From assembly GCA_903827265.1 (NCBI GenBank), contig CAIKHN010000004.1:40067-104066 (forward strand): a DNA stretch of 64,000 bases, given 5' to 3'. This stretch comes from Candidatus Uhrbacteria bacterium (GTDB lineage: Bacteria > Patescibacteriota > Patescibacteriia > UBA9934). A program made the translations under genes and the position numbers. The notes below the pieces were generated by a model. The model did no database searches. It had not been told where the DNA came from and saw only the letters and a program-made list of their open reading frames with translations. This document shows, piece after piece, positions 20,090 to 29,748 of the stretch. Positions within the stretch are counted from its first letter, which is position 1. Each line of letters starts with the position of its first letter.

Positions 20090-20959
20090 ATGAGCGACCC
20101 CTTCGATCGCCTCGTCGTCTTCGACTTCGACGGCACATGCACCCTCGTCGAGAAAGAAGGCAAGGGATTCGTCTCCGCCGTGATCAACACGCTCTCCGAG
20201 GTCGCTGGCCGCGGACCGGAGACCGTACGCGGCCTGTATGAACATCACCAACGAGAGATTCTCAAAACGCCCGAAGCGTACGACTGGATTATTGACGGCG
20301 TCGCCGTCTGCCCTGGAACGCTCGATCCGTATCTTCGGAGCAGCCACGTCGCTCGGAAGGTGCTCGAGAGCTTCGGCATCTCGGGCGATCGCCTCGAGGG
20401 AATGATGCACGTCGTCGGCGAACGCTATCACGATCACTACCAAAAAAGCGACATCGCGCTTCGGCCCGAGTTCCCCGACGTCCTCGCCGCATTCTGCGAG
20501 GAAGCACACGTCGCCATCGTGACGAACAGCGCTGCAGACGCGGTCGAGAAAAAGCTCCGGACGATCCCGAACTTCGATCTCTCCCGTGTGACCCTTGTGG
20601 GAGGTGCCAAGAAGTACGTGGTCGGCGATGAGTTGCTTAGCCGAGTCCCCATCACGAACATCCCGAAAACAACGCGAATCCCCGGACTCGCTCGCGACGT
20701 GCAGCTCCGTCGGCCGCACTACATCGCTCGGCTGCAGGAACAGTTCGATCGGGTTGGAATTCGGGATCCGTCTAAGGTCACGGTGATCGGCGACATCTTC
20801 GAGATGGACGGCATCGTTCCGCTACAACTTGGTTGCAAGTTCGTCCTGATGGTCGGCGTGCATACGCCGCCGTACGAGATCAGGTACATGCTCGCCGACA
20901 GCCGGCGGTGCGTGGCGACCGATCTGAACGAAGCGCTTGGATTCTTCCTCGCGCAGTGA
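20090..20959 (+). CDS. HAD-superfamily hydrolase (GC-rich cassette)
   Basis: Motif I DFDGT, motif II VTNS, motif IV IGDIFEMD. Confidence 0.85.
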   Translation: MSDPFDRLVVFDFDGTCTLVEKEGKGFVSAVINTLSEVAGRGPETVRGLYEHHQREILKTPEAYDWIIDGVAVCPGTLDPYLRSSHVARKVLESFGISGDRLEGMMHVVGERYHDHYQKSDIALRPEFPDVLAAFCEEAHVAIVTNSAADAVEKKLRTIPNFDLSRVTLVGGAKKYVVGDELLSRVPITNIPKTTRIPGLARDVQLRRPHYIARLQEQFDRVGIRDPSKVTVIGDIFEMDGIVPLQLGCKFVLMVGVHTPPYEIRYMLADSRRCVATDLNEALGFFLAQ

Positions 20960-21055
20960 ACGCAGCGCACCACGCGCCTCACGACCCTGAGCTCTCACCG
21001 AGAGCCGGGGTCGTTTGCATTTTGAGTGGTATACTTTGAGCATTCTCGGAGGAGT

Positions 21056-22048
21056 ATGAAAATGAAAAGTGAAAGTCCAATTTATCGGCCAATGCTTTGG
21101 CGTGCCTTGCAAACCGCATGGTCGCATAAAGAGCTCTGGCCATTTGCGGTGCTTGCTGGATTGGCTGGCACTGGCGTGATTGTAAACGACGTCTTGCAAC
21201 AAGCAGAAATTGCGCTCACCCCTGGAGTTGACGTGATGAATGCTGTGAGCGGTAATATTGCGATGTTTATTCGCGGCTACGTTGGTATTGTTTTCGCGTC
21301 CGGAACATCACACATCATTGCAGTCACGCTTGGCATTTGGGCAATTCTCGCGGGAAGCGCGTTTCTTATTGCGCTCTGTCAACAGCTACTTCTTGTTGCA
21401 ATGCATCGCTCAGTCCACCGAAAAAAGAAACTCACCGAACGAGAACTGTTGCGCGCACTGCATCACCACCATTTTCTCCGCATTCTTGGTGTTGATCTTC
21501 TCTTTCACGTTGTCATCTTTATTGTGCTGGGCGGTGGCGGATTTTTGCTACGAAATTTACCAACGTCCGTTCCCGCGGGAGGAGCACTCGGCATTTTACT
21601 TGCCGCCGCCGTACTATTCATCGCATTTGTATTAAATGTTATCGCAATGCTCACTGTTATTGCCGTTGGAGAGGAACGTACAACAATTCTTGACGGCATA
21701 CAGGAGGGCATCGAGCGATTCTTCCGCCATCCACTCGTTGCATGCGAAGTGGCACTCCTTGTATTTGCCGCAAATCTTGCGTTCACCATTGCATTCTTTT
21801 TCGGACTCACCGTCATTGCTCTACCAACAGGATTCCTTTTCGCTGAAGCGCTCTCACAGACATCATTAGGAATCATGATCGGCGTTGCGCTTGTTGGAAC
21901 ATTTGCCGCAACAGTCTTCACGGTATGTATGGCAGGATTCGTGACCACGTTCACCTATGCCGTATGGACGTTGCTCGCGGAATATCTTGATCGTGCACCA
22001 TTTTCATCACGGTTTCACCACCATACTCGTCGTGTGTTTTCGCGATAA
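21056..22048 (+). CDS. multi-pass membrane protein
   Basis: About six hydrophobic helices, N-terminal ALQTAWSHKELWPF. Confidence 0.8.
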   Translation: MKMKSESPIYRPMLWRALQTAWSHKELWPFAVLAGLAGTGVIVNDVLQQAEIALTPGVDVMNAVSGNIAMFIRGYVGIVFASGTSHIIAVTLGIWAILAGSAFLIALCQQLLLVAMHRSVHRKKKLTERELLRALHHHHFLRILGVDLLFHVVIFIVLGGGGFLLRNLPTSVPAGGALGILLAAAVLFIAFVLNVIAMLTVIAVGEERTTILDGIQEGIERFFRHPLVACEVALLVFAANLAFTIAFFFGLTVIALPTGFLFAEALSQTSLGIMIGVALVGTFAATVFTVCMAGFVTTFTYAVWTLLAEYLDRAPFSSRFHHHTRRVFSR

Positions 22049-22051
22049 TCC

Positions 22052-23875
22052 ATGCCAGGAAACCTTCCATCCATCGCCGATCTCTTAAAAAAGAAACCTG
22101 CCGATAGCACACCGGCTCCTGTTACGGCCGCGCCAACGCCAACCGAATCACGTGCATCGGACACCACGCTCCCTCCAACTCCCCCGCCAACGGCAAAGGC
22201 GTCGATTGTTATTGGTGATAACGAAACATCAACGAAGCTCACGGAAAAAATGCAGTCTATTTCGTTACGCGAGAGAGAAACGGAAGTTGAACGAGCCGCC
22301 AAAACAAAAAGCGTTCCATACATATCCTTAAAAGGCTTCCCAATTAGTCCCGATGCGCTCGTTCTTATTCCCGAAGAGCAAGCAAAACAAATTAAAACAG
22401 TCGCGTTTTTATTCACCGGCCCAGAACTTCGGATCGGCTCAACGCAACCAGAAGATCCGCGAGTAAAAGAACTCGCATTCGAACTCGGTGAACGACACAA
22501 AACAAACACGGTCGTCTACATCATGAGCGAAGAAAGCCTCTCGCAAGGCTTAAAAATGTATGACGCGCTGCCAAAAATAAAACCAATCGTAAAAGGCGTC
22601 CAAATTACTGAGGACGAGATTGTAAAATTTCAGGCGCAAATGACAGACTTCTCGTCGATCGCTGGCGTGTTGGAGCATTCAAACGTCACCGACGTCATTA
22701 CCGTTGTTATTGCCGCATCACTCAAACTCGGTTCCTCCGACATTCACATTGAGGCAGAAGAAAAAGGCATCGCTGTGCGCTTCCGCGTGGACGGCATTCT
22801 TCAAGACGTCGCAAAACTCGCACCAGAACAATGGAAGAAAATTATTGGCCGCATTAAGCTCATTTCAAGCTTAAAAATCAACGTGAACGACCAAGCGCAA
22901 GACGGACGGTTCACGATTTACCAAAAGAATAACGAAATCGATGTTCGCGTTTCAACGATCCCAACATCGTTCGGAGAATCGGTTGTGATGCGTTTGCTGA
23001 ATCCTGACGCAATTTCCGTCGAGTTCGAGGCGCTTGGATTCCGTCCAGCATCGCTAAAGAAGCTGCAAAAAGAAATCGAGAAACCCAACGGAATGATTAT
23101 CACCACCGGTCCGACCGGAAGCGGTAAAACAACAACGCTCTACGCAATTTTGCGAAAACTCAACACTGCAGACGTTAAAATTATTACGCTCGAAGATCCA
23201 GTTGAATACAAAGTTGAAGGCTTAAACCAAAGCCAGATCGATTACAGCAAGGATTACACATTCGCAAAAGGACTCCGATCGATTCTCCGACAAGATCCGG
23301 ATATTGTGATGGTTGGAGAAATCCGCGATCTCGATACTGCCGAGATTGCCGTTCAAGCCGCACTCACTGGCCACCTCCTCCTCTCAACGATCCACACCAA
23401 CGATGCCGCCGGCGCCATTCCGAGATTCCTCTCCATGGGCCTTGCTCCGCACCTTCTGGCGCCAGCCTTGAACGCCATCATGGGCCAGCGTCTGCTTCGG
23501 AAGCTCTGCAAAGAATGCAAACAGACCGTCGAGATCGATGCGGAAACACTCGAAACCGTAAAAAAACATCTCGATGAAATTCCAGAAGCATCTGGCGAGA
23601 CTAAAGTTGATACGGCAAATCTGAAATTCTACGGACCAAAAGGTTGCGATACATGCAATAACACTGGATACAAAGGCCGCGTCGGCGCATACGAAATTCT
23701 GGTAAAAACCGCAGATCTCGAAAAGACGATTATTGAAAAGGGCACCATCAGCGAATACGACATGCGCGAGCTTGGAAAAACACAGGGTATGGTCACCATG
23801 ACGCAAGACGGGCTCCTGAAAGCACTCGACGGCATTACGTCAGTCGAGGAAGTCAAACGCATCCTTGGCCTGTAA
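22052..23875 (+). CDS. pilB: type IV pilus/T2SS assembly ATPase (PilB/GspE family)
   Basis: SDIHIE, TGPTGSGKTTT, LEDPVEY, LRQDPD, TGHLLLSTIHTND, CxxC..CxxC zinc motif. Confidence 0.92.
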   Translation: MPGNLPSIADLLKKKPADSTPAPVTAAPTPTESRASDTTLPPTPPPTAKASIVIGDNETSTKLTEKMQSISLRERETEVERAAKTKSVPYISLKGFPISPDALVLIPEEQAKQIKTVAFLFTGPELRIGSTQPEDPRVKELAFELGERHKTNTVVYIMSEESLSQGLKMYDALPKIKPIVKGVQITEDEIVKFQAQMTDFSSIAGVLEHSNVTDVITVVIAASLKLGSSDIHIEAEEKGIAVRFRVDGILQDVAKLAPEQWKKIIGRIKLISSLKINVNDQAQDGRFTIYQKNNEIDVRVSTIPTSFGESVVMRLLNPDAISVEFEALGFRPASLKKLQKEIEKPNGMIITTGPTGSGKTTTLYAILRKLNTADVKIITLEDPVEYKVEGLNQSQIDYSKDYTFAKGLRSILRQDPDIVMVGEIRDLDTAEIAVQAALTGHLLLSTIHTNDAAGAIPRFLSMGLAPHLLAPALNAIMGQRLLRKLCKECKQTVEIDAETLETVKKHLDEIPEASGETKVDTANLKFYGPKGCDTCNNTGYKGRVGAYEILVKTADLEKTIIEKGTISEYDMRELGKTQGMVTMTQDGLLKALDGITSVEEVKRILGL

Positions 23876-23881
23876 CACAAA

Positions 23882-23996
23882 GAAAACGACGCGTCTCACC
23901 TATTCGGTGGACGCGTCGTTTGCTAAATAGAACCCATGTCCGTGGCCCCACATCAGCATCGCGTGTCAGTGCCGAACGTACGGCAGGCTGACATGA
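23882..23996 (-). ncRNA. candidate small RNA with own promoter and terminator
   Basis: Minus-strand TTGACG-17-TAAGGT (24025-23997), hairpin tgtcag.tgccg/cggca.ctgaca, terminator aaacgacgcgt/acgcgtcgttt. Confidence 0.4.
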
Positions 23997-24027
23997 GACC
24001 TTATTCAACGCTTTACGCCTCGTCAAG

Positions 24028-24744
24028 TTACGCGGCGAGAAACTTCACTAACGCCGTCCCAACGGTTGCTGCAGTTTCGGCCCGCATAACAAGAGTACCG
24101 ATTTGAACAATAGCCGATCCCGCTGACTGCAATTCCGTAATTTCTGCATCTGAAAAACCACCTTCAGGCCCAACAAACAACGCAACGTGATCCATAACGC
24201 GAACCTTCGGCATAACGGAAACCTTTCCAATCGACTCGTGAAGAACAATACGATCGCATTTCGCTGTTTGCTCAATAGCCGATTGCAACGACGACGGATC
24301 GTGAATAATTGGAAGCATTGTACGTCCGGACTGCTCACTCGCCTCGCGAATAATGTCCAACCAACGCGCAGGAACATCTTTGGTTTTTTTAATAACGCGG
24401 TCGGTAATAAGCGGAATAAACGCCGTCGCGCCGATTTCGGTACATTTTTGCAACGTCCACTCAAACGTATCGCGTTTTGTAATTGCGGCACACACCGTTA
24501 TTGATGGACGAAGCGGCTCCCCCATTCGCGAGCTTACGATGGTGCCAAGAATAGCCGCTTTGGTGATTTCTGTAATTTCGCAGTCGATCTCCGTTCCATC
24601 GTTTGGACAAAGGCTTACGTGATCCCCTATTTTCATCCGAAGCACAGAAACGATCTGTTTATAAATCGATCCTGCAGGAATCGAAAACGCCTGCGCACTT
24701 TGCGCAATCCAATCTGCGGGGACAAAAAAACGGGCAGTACGCAT
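24028..24744 (-). CDS. rsmE: 16S rRNA (uracil-1498-N3)-methyltransferase
   Basis: VLRMK.GD, QKCTEIG, EASEQSGR, VGPEGGFS, MRAETA. Confidence 0.95.
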   Translation of the reverse strand: MRTARFFVPADWIAQSAQAFSIPAGSIYKQIVSVLRMKIGDHVSLCPNDGTEIDCEITEITKAAILGTIVSSRMGEPLRPSITVCAAITKRDTFEWTLQKCTEIGATAFIPLITDRVIKKTKDVPARWLDIIREASEQSGRTMLPIIHDPSSLQSAIEQTAKCDRIVLHESIGKVSVMPKVRVMDHVALFVGPEGGFSDAEITELQSAGSAIVQIGTLVMRAETAATVGTALVKFLAA

Positions 24745-24783
24745 AATATCGACGTGATATCCGATGAGTATAACATCACCCTA

Positions 24784-25218
24784 TCACACTCCCTCCTCGA
24801 TCGTAATTATCCGAGACTGATCATCTTTATGCTCGATTCTGACCGTATACGCCGGCTCCCATGCCACCGTCGGCAACGCATCGGGCCATTCGGCGACGAT
24901 AACCGTATCGAGCCGGCGATACTCGTCGAGCTCGAGCGCCCCAAGCTCTTCAGCCTTTGTGAATCGGTAAAAATCACAGTGAACAATTCGACGGATCGTA
25001 GGATGACTCGATACGACGTACTCGTTCATCACGGTGTATGTTGGAGATTTCACGCGAGCTGTCGATCCAATCGCCGCAGCAAGCCCCTGCGTAAACGTTG
25101 TTTTCCCGGCGCCAAGATCGCCAATAAGGGCAATAAACTCACCACCAACCAAATGGCGCGCCAACTCGGCGGCAATCGCTTGAGTTTCTTCCGAAGAATG
25201 TGAAAGCGTTTTTGTCAT
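24784..25218 (-). CDS. tsaE: tRNA t6A biosynthesis ATPase
   Basis: [22 protein letters not shown]. Confidence 0.95.
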   Translation of the reverse strand: MTKTLSHSSEETQAIAAELARHLVGGEFIALIGDLGAGKTTFTQGLAAAIGSTARVKSPTYTVMNEYVVSSHPTIRRIVHCDFYRFTKAEELGALELDEYRRLDTVIVAEWPDALPTVAWEPAYTVRIEHKDDQSRIITIEEGV

Positions 25219-25223
25219 AGAGT

Positions 25224-25260
25224 CTCCCCCTCCTTACGAAGGAGGGGGTCGGGGGGAGGT
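25224..25260. repeat. 37-bp REP-like palindromic element
   Basis: Exact reverse complement of 37793-37829; hairpin ccccctcctt-acg-aaggaggggg. Confidence 0.9.
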
Positions 25261-26264
25261 TAGATGTCCATGTTCGGATCGACATGAAGCGTTAATGGAT
25301 CGGCGCTCACGCCACGTACGGCTCGAAAATATCCTGCCGCGCCAATCATTGCCGCGTTATCCAGGGAATATTGAAACGGTGGAAGGCTCATTGCAAGCCC
25401 GCGCGCTTCTGCCGCCGCCTTTAATCGATCGCGCAACAGCGCGTTTGCCGCAACACCACCGGCAAGAATGATGCTTTTCGGCATGCATCGTCCTGCGGTG
25501 CGCATGGTTTTCTCGACGAGCGTCTCAACAATCGCCTCCTGAAACGACGCAGCAACATCGGCACGAAATGATTCGTCATTCATTCGCACGTCATTTCTCC
25601 GAAGCTCGTACATTACCGCAGTCTTTAGACCAGAAAAACTGAACATTGCGTCATCGCGATCGATCATCGGTCGAGGGAATGCGAATGCCTTCGGATTTCC
25701 TTGCGCTGCCAAACGATCAATTGCCGGTCCGCCCGGATACGGCAAGCCCAACATCTTTGCAACCTTATCGAACGCCTCTCCTGCGGCGTCGTCCAATGTT
25801 TCACCGAGACGCTCAAAATTTCCATGATCGCGCATCAACACAAGCTCGGTATGTCCACCAGAAACGATCAACGCAAGCACCGGAAATTCCGGAGTGTTCT
25901 CAATCCAGTTTGCGTAAATATGACCCTCAAGATGACAAACAGGTACCAGTGGCTTTTTCCACGACCACGCCAATGTTTTCGCGGCCTCAACGCCAACACG
26001 TAACGCCGGAGCAAGTCCCGGCCCAGCCGTTACCGCAATTGCATCAATCCCCGCGCCATCCTGCCGCACCGATCGGGCAATCATCGACGTAATCATTTCC
26101 AAATGTTCTCGCGCAGCAACTTCCGGAACAACGCCGCCATATGCGGCATGAATATCAATCTGCGAACGCACAAGCGACGACTCAACACGAACCACGTCGT
26201 CAATTCCATTCAGAATTGCAACCGCGGTTTCATCGCAACTTGTTTCAATTGCTAGTATTCGCAT
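25260..26264 (-). CDS. tsaD: tRNA N6-adenosine threonylcarbamoyltransferase
   Basis: IETSCDET, GGVVPEVAAREH, HLEGH, SGGHT, DDAAGEAFDK, DNAAMI. Confidence 0.98.
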   Translation of the reverse strand: MRILAIETSCDETAVAILNGIDDVVRVESSLVRSQIDIHAAYGGVVPEVAAREHLEMITSMIARSVRQDGAGIDAIAVTAGPGLAPALRVGVEAAKTLAWSWKKPLVPVCHLEGHIYANWIENTPEFPVLALIVSGGHTELVLMRDHGNFERLGETLDDAAGEAFDKVAKMLGLPYPGGPAIDRLAAQGNPKAFAFPRPMIDRDDAMFSFSGLKTAVMYELRRNDVRMNDESFRADVAASFQEAIVETLVEKTMRTAGRCMPKSIILAGGVAANALLRDRLKAAAEARGLAMSLPPFQYSLDNAAMIGAAGYFRAVRGVSADPLTLHVDPNMDI

Positions 26265-26313
26265 AGAATAGGTACAACAGGACCAATTGGACCTATCATC
26301 AATGATCCGAAGT

Positions 26314-26889
26314 ATGCCTTACATTGAACAGTCATTCAACCTTCCAGAAATGACAGGCCTCTCCACAAAACAAATGGAGGCGCACTTCAAATTGTACGCA
26401 GGCTACGTCAAAAACGTGAATGCGGTTGCGGCGAAAATTGATGAATACAAAAAGGATTCAGAAGCGAACGCTGCTGCGATTTCTGAACTTACGCGTCGAT
26501 ACGCTTTTGAATGGAATGGCATGCGCTTACACGAAATCTACTTCGCAGGCCTTGGTGGCGATGGATCGATTATTGGCCCACTCGCCGATGCAATTGCCGG
26601 ATATTACGGATCAATCGACACCTGGAAAGCTGATGTAAAGGCTATGGCAATGATGCGCGGTATTGGGTGGGTACTTTTGGTGCTCGACCGCACCACAAAC
26701 ACCATGCGCAATATTTGGGTATCAGACCACGAGGTCAGTCATCTCGCCGGATGCGACATTCTCTTCGCACTCGACGTCTGGGAACACGCGTATCTCCTTG
26801 ACTACATGCCAGCACAGCGTGCCGATTACGTGAATGCCGTCTTCGCGAACGTGAACTGGGCGGCGGCAGAGACACGGTTCATTGCGTAA
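26314..26889 (+). CDS. sod: Fe/Mn superoxide dismutase (HxxLYxGYV subtype)
   Basis: AHFKLYAGYV, LHEIYF, GIGW, DVWEHAY. Confidence 0.93.
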   Translation: MPYIEQSFNLPEMTGLSTKQMEAHFKLYAGYVKNVNAVAAKIDEYKKDSEANAAAISELTRRYAFEWNGMRLHEIYFAGLGGDGSIIGPLADAIAGYYGSIDTWKADVKAMAMMRGIGWVLLVLDRTTNTMRNIWVSDHEVSHLAGCDILFALDVWEHAYLLDYMPAQRADYVNAVFANVNWAAAETRFIA

Positions 26890-26971
26890 CGAACGAATCA
26901 ACGGGTGGCACCGACTTGGCGAGCGCCAGTGACGACGGTGCATGTTTCGCAACGAGCAGCACGGATGCACA

Positions 26972-26997
26972 GCCACGTCGTTCGCGAACGACGTGGC
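26972..26997. repeat. perfect 26-bp palindrome
   Basis: gccacgtcgttcgcgaacgacgtggc; 22-bp core identical to the core of 41048-41081. Confidence 0.9.
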
Positions 26998-27095
26998 ACG
27001 GCCGTAGTCGAGTGAAACGAGGCGTTACGGCGTAGCGTCCTTGCGCACAGTGAAGAAACATGTACCCGAGTCACCAGCTCGCGATTAGGAATTCA

Positions 27096-27122
27096 CTGAA
27101 TCCCCGCATACGCGAGGATGAC
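27096..27122. repeat. REP-like element, ctggatcccc...gggatgac family
   Basis: ctgaatccccgcatacgcgaggatgac aligns without gaps to 49465-49491. Confidence 0.7.
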
Positions 27123-27139
27123 TGAGGTAATTTAGGCGA

Positions 27140-27883
27140 TTATTTCGGATCATCACTTGCTCTCCACGCAATTCCGAATAATAGACGAAGCGAGTCGGCA
27201 AGCGCTTTGCTTTCGATAATGATGGTGATTGGCCGATTCGTGTACGTCAAAACAGACACAAAGTTTCCGTAGATCGCCAAATTCCCACGAAACGTTCCCC
27301 ACGCTTTGTTTAACACGCGATGCGCGAATTTTGGATTCCAGTTTTTCGGTGTCCCGACATAGAGTGCACGAGCATGCTTCGGTTGCCACTTGTACATGCT
27401 TCGCGCTTTCCGAAGTTCCTCGGGCGTAATCCATGCATAAATGTCTTCACCATTTGCGATTTCATCTAAACTCTCCGGACGAATCTTTTCCAAATGCGCA
27501 AAGTACCCGTGAACCGCATCAATTCCCTCGTGGATCATGGTTGATGGGTGCGTTCCGCCTTGAAGCGCAGAAAATAACGGCATCGCACGAACCACGTCGT
27601 CGATTGTTGCTGATTGTTCAGCGACCTGGGATCGCAAGAGTTCAACAACGCGCTCGGCATCGGCGACGCGATAAATCACCCTCCCCTTTTTGCGCACCGT
27701 CCGCACAAGGTTTCGAGTCTTCAGCGATTCGAGCGCTTCAAAGATTGATGTCTTCGAAATACCGCTCCGCTTTACAATTTCTGAAAGCGTTGCGCTCCCA
27801 AGCTCCAAGCCCGCAAGATACGCTTTTGATTCAGACGGGGTAAACGTCGCCGCAGTGAGTAACGCGACAAGATCCACAGACAT
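27140..27883 (-). CDS. TrmB-family transcriptional regulator
   Basis: ESKAYLAGLELG.AT...I....GIS.TS....LESL....LV; EG.DAV; C-terminal IYGN.V...IIIES. Confidence 0.85.
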   Translation of the reverse strand: MSVDLVALLTAATFTPSESKAYLAGLELGSATLSEIVKRSGISKTSIFEALESLKTRNLVRTVRKKGRVIYRVADAERVVELLRSQVAEQSATIDDVVRAMPLFSALQGGTHPSTMIHEGIDAVHGYFAHLEKIRPESLDEIANGEDIYAWITPEELRKARSMYKWQPKHARALYVGTPKNWNPKFAHRVLNKAWGTFRGNLAIYGNFVSVLTYTNRPITIIIESKALADSLRLLFGIAWRASDDPK

Positions 27884-28027
27884 ATGAGGAATATGCTACC
27901 AGATTCTCATGTCACCCACAGAAACATGTGAACATTCGCGCCATCATTAGCCAACCAACCGCTCGGCATATGTTTAAAGTACTTACCGGCACAAAAGAAA
28001 AACCACCTCTTTATGAGGCGGTTTTTC

Positions 28028-28176
28028 TGGTGACTCCACGGGGAGTCGGCCTCGGCTCTCGGGTCGTCGTCACTCCCCTCGGCCTGGCCACCGCCTCGCG
28101 GTTCCGCGTGGTCGCGGAACATCGCTCCGGCGTTCGACACCCCGACGGACATGCCGCGGGGCATGTCCTTGGAGTC
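28028..28176 (-). other. tRNA-Glu-derived tRNA-mimic element
   Basis: GACTCCA...TGGAGTC-ACCA acceptor stem; T-stem cgggg/ccccg enclosing a ~95-nt insert; 21-nt identity with tRNA-Glu 3' end. Confidence 0.7.
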
Positions 28177-28180
28177 ACAC

Positions 28181-28214
28181 AATAAAACCCGCAGCAGAAG
28201 CTGCGGGTTTTATT
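28181..28214 (-). terminator. hairpin after tRNA-Glu
   Basis: aataaaacccgcagc-agaa-gctgcgggttttatt. Confidence 0.75.
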
Positions 28215-28288
28215 GGTGACTCCACGGGGAGTCGAACCCCGGTTACAGGCTTGAAAAGCCCGTGTCCTAACCATTAGACGATGGAGCC
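28214..28288 (-). tRNA. tRNA-Glu(TTC)
   Basis: ggctccatcgtctaatggttagga...cgggc-ttttcaa-gcctg...ggttcgactcccc...cacca. Confidence 0.96.
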
Positions 28289-28359
28289 GTCTTTTGAACG
28301 GGGATAGTGTACCAAAAATTCGAATTTCGTCAAAAGACAGCATCAATCGCCACGAGCCT

Positions 28360-29418
28360 CTACACCTTTGCTCGCTCAAGAATTCCAGACTTGTACAGCT
28401 CGAGTAACACCAGAAATCCTGCAAGAATCGCCGGACCAAGAATGAACCCGATTGGGCCGAATGCGTTCAATCCACCGAGCATCGAGAGTAAAATCAGCAA
28501 CGCGTGCATTCGCGTTCGGCTACCAACAATAAACGGCTGAATGAAGTTATCGATAAGCCCAACAACACACATCGACCATACCAAAAGGCCGATCGCCTGA
28601 GGGACATGTCCAGACAAGAAAAGGTAAATGACGGCAGGAATCATAATCATCGACGTGCCGAGCATTGGAACTTGTGCCGCGATGACGACGAGTCCAGCCC
28701 AAATTAACGCGCCCGGAACACCAAAGAGTGTCAGGCCGATGCCGGCAACAATTCCTTGAACAATAGCGACGATCAACGAACCGAACACCACACCGCGCAC
28801 TGTCGCGACCAAACGATCAGTAATACTTTTATCGATCGCAACTCGCAGTGGACTTAGCGCAATAAGCTCGGCTTTAATTTTGTCGCGATCAACTAAAAAG
28901 AAGTACAGCGAGACAAAGAAGATAAACGTTTTAAAGACAATGTCTGCCGAACTCGCGAAAATTGTCCCGATGTTATGAACAATCCAAAGCGCGATATTCC
29001 GAAGAATTTCGCCAAGATCGATCAGCGCAATTTGCGAAACAAGAATGCTCGGCAGCGCATTTACCAATGGAAGCGATCGGAAATCAAACGCCTGCACCCA
29101 TACCGGATTTGCAAGTGTATCCTGCACAATTTCAACTGCCTGATCTGCCGCAACAAGAATGAGTGTCGTTAACGGAATAACCACCGCCGACAACACAAGG
29201 AGAATCATGATGAACGCTGAAATCTTTGGATGTCCTGTCCAGTGCCGTACATGACGCTCAAGCGGCGTCACAAGAATCGCAACGATTCCCGCCGTCAGCA
29301 ACACGATAATAAACGGTTCAAGCACTTTCCAAAACAAAATACTTACTCCGGCAAACAGCATGAGAAAAAACCATTTCGCAATGTGTTGATGGTCGAACGT
29401 TGTTTCAATCTTTGGCAT
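28360..29418 (-). CDS. AI-2E family transporter
   Basis: Multi-TM, FFLVD, IDNFIQP, GGLNAFGPIGFILGP. Confidence 0.9.
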   Translation of the reverse strand: MPKIETTFDHQHIAKWFFLMLFAGVSILFWKVLEPFIIVLLTAGIVAILVTPLERHVRHWTGHPKISAFIMILLVLSAVVIPLTTLILVAADQAVEIVQDTLANPVWVQAFDFRSLPLVNALPSILVSQIALIDLGEILRNIALWIVHNIGTIFASSADIVFKTFIFFVSLYFFLVDRDKIKAELIALSPLRVAIDKSITDRLVATVRGVVFGSLIVAIVQGIVAGIGLTLFGVPGALIWAGLVVIAAQVPMLGTSMIMIPAVIYLFLSGHVPQAIGLLVWSMCVVGLIDNFIQPFIVGSRTRMHALLILLSMLGGLNAFGPIGFILGPAILAGFLVLLELYKSGILERAKV

Positions 29419-29490
29419 GCAAGGAGTATACCAAAACAAAAAGTCTCCCGAAGGAGACTTTTTGGATTCCGCACCAAGTCGCTTTGCGAA

Positions 29491-29748
29491 TTAATCGCGT
29501 GGGCGAGCCTGGGAAACGGAGATCGTGCGACCACCGAAATCGGTCTGGTCGAACATCTTCACTGCATTTTCCTGCTCTTCAGGTGTGTTGAATTCGACGA
29601 AGCCGAATCCACGCTTGCGGCCAGTTTCCTTCTCGATTGGGAGGAAAACGGAAACCACTGTACCTGCTGCGCTGAAAAGTGCCTTGAGTTCATCTTCGGT
29701 AGCTGCATACGGGATGCCGCCGACGAAAACGCGTGCGTTGTCTGCCAT
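29491..29748 (-). CDS. RRM RNA-binding protein
   Basis: RNP2 VFVGGI, RNP1 RGFGFVEF. Confidence 0.95.
   Translation of the reverse strand: MADNARVFVGGIPYAATEDELKALFSAAGTVVSVFLPIEKETGRKRGFGFVEFNTPEEQENAVKMFDQTDFGGRTISVSQARPRD

Noticed and set aside
20981-21020. Canonical integron attC sites
   Set aside because: No RYYYAAC/GTTRRRY boxes, no tandem array and no integrase in the window; only the bulged-hairpin analogy is kept
28028-28234. Prophage or genomic island bounded by the 21-bp tRNA-Glu repeat
   Set aside because: Only ~165 bp separate the repeats and no integrase is present; reported instead as a tRNA-mimic element
28011-28439. 142-aa ORF over tRNA-Glu, and similar ORFs over other tRNAs and the 16S
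   Set aside because: Spurious translations of RNA genes
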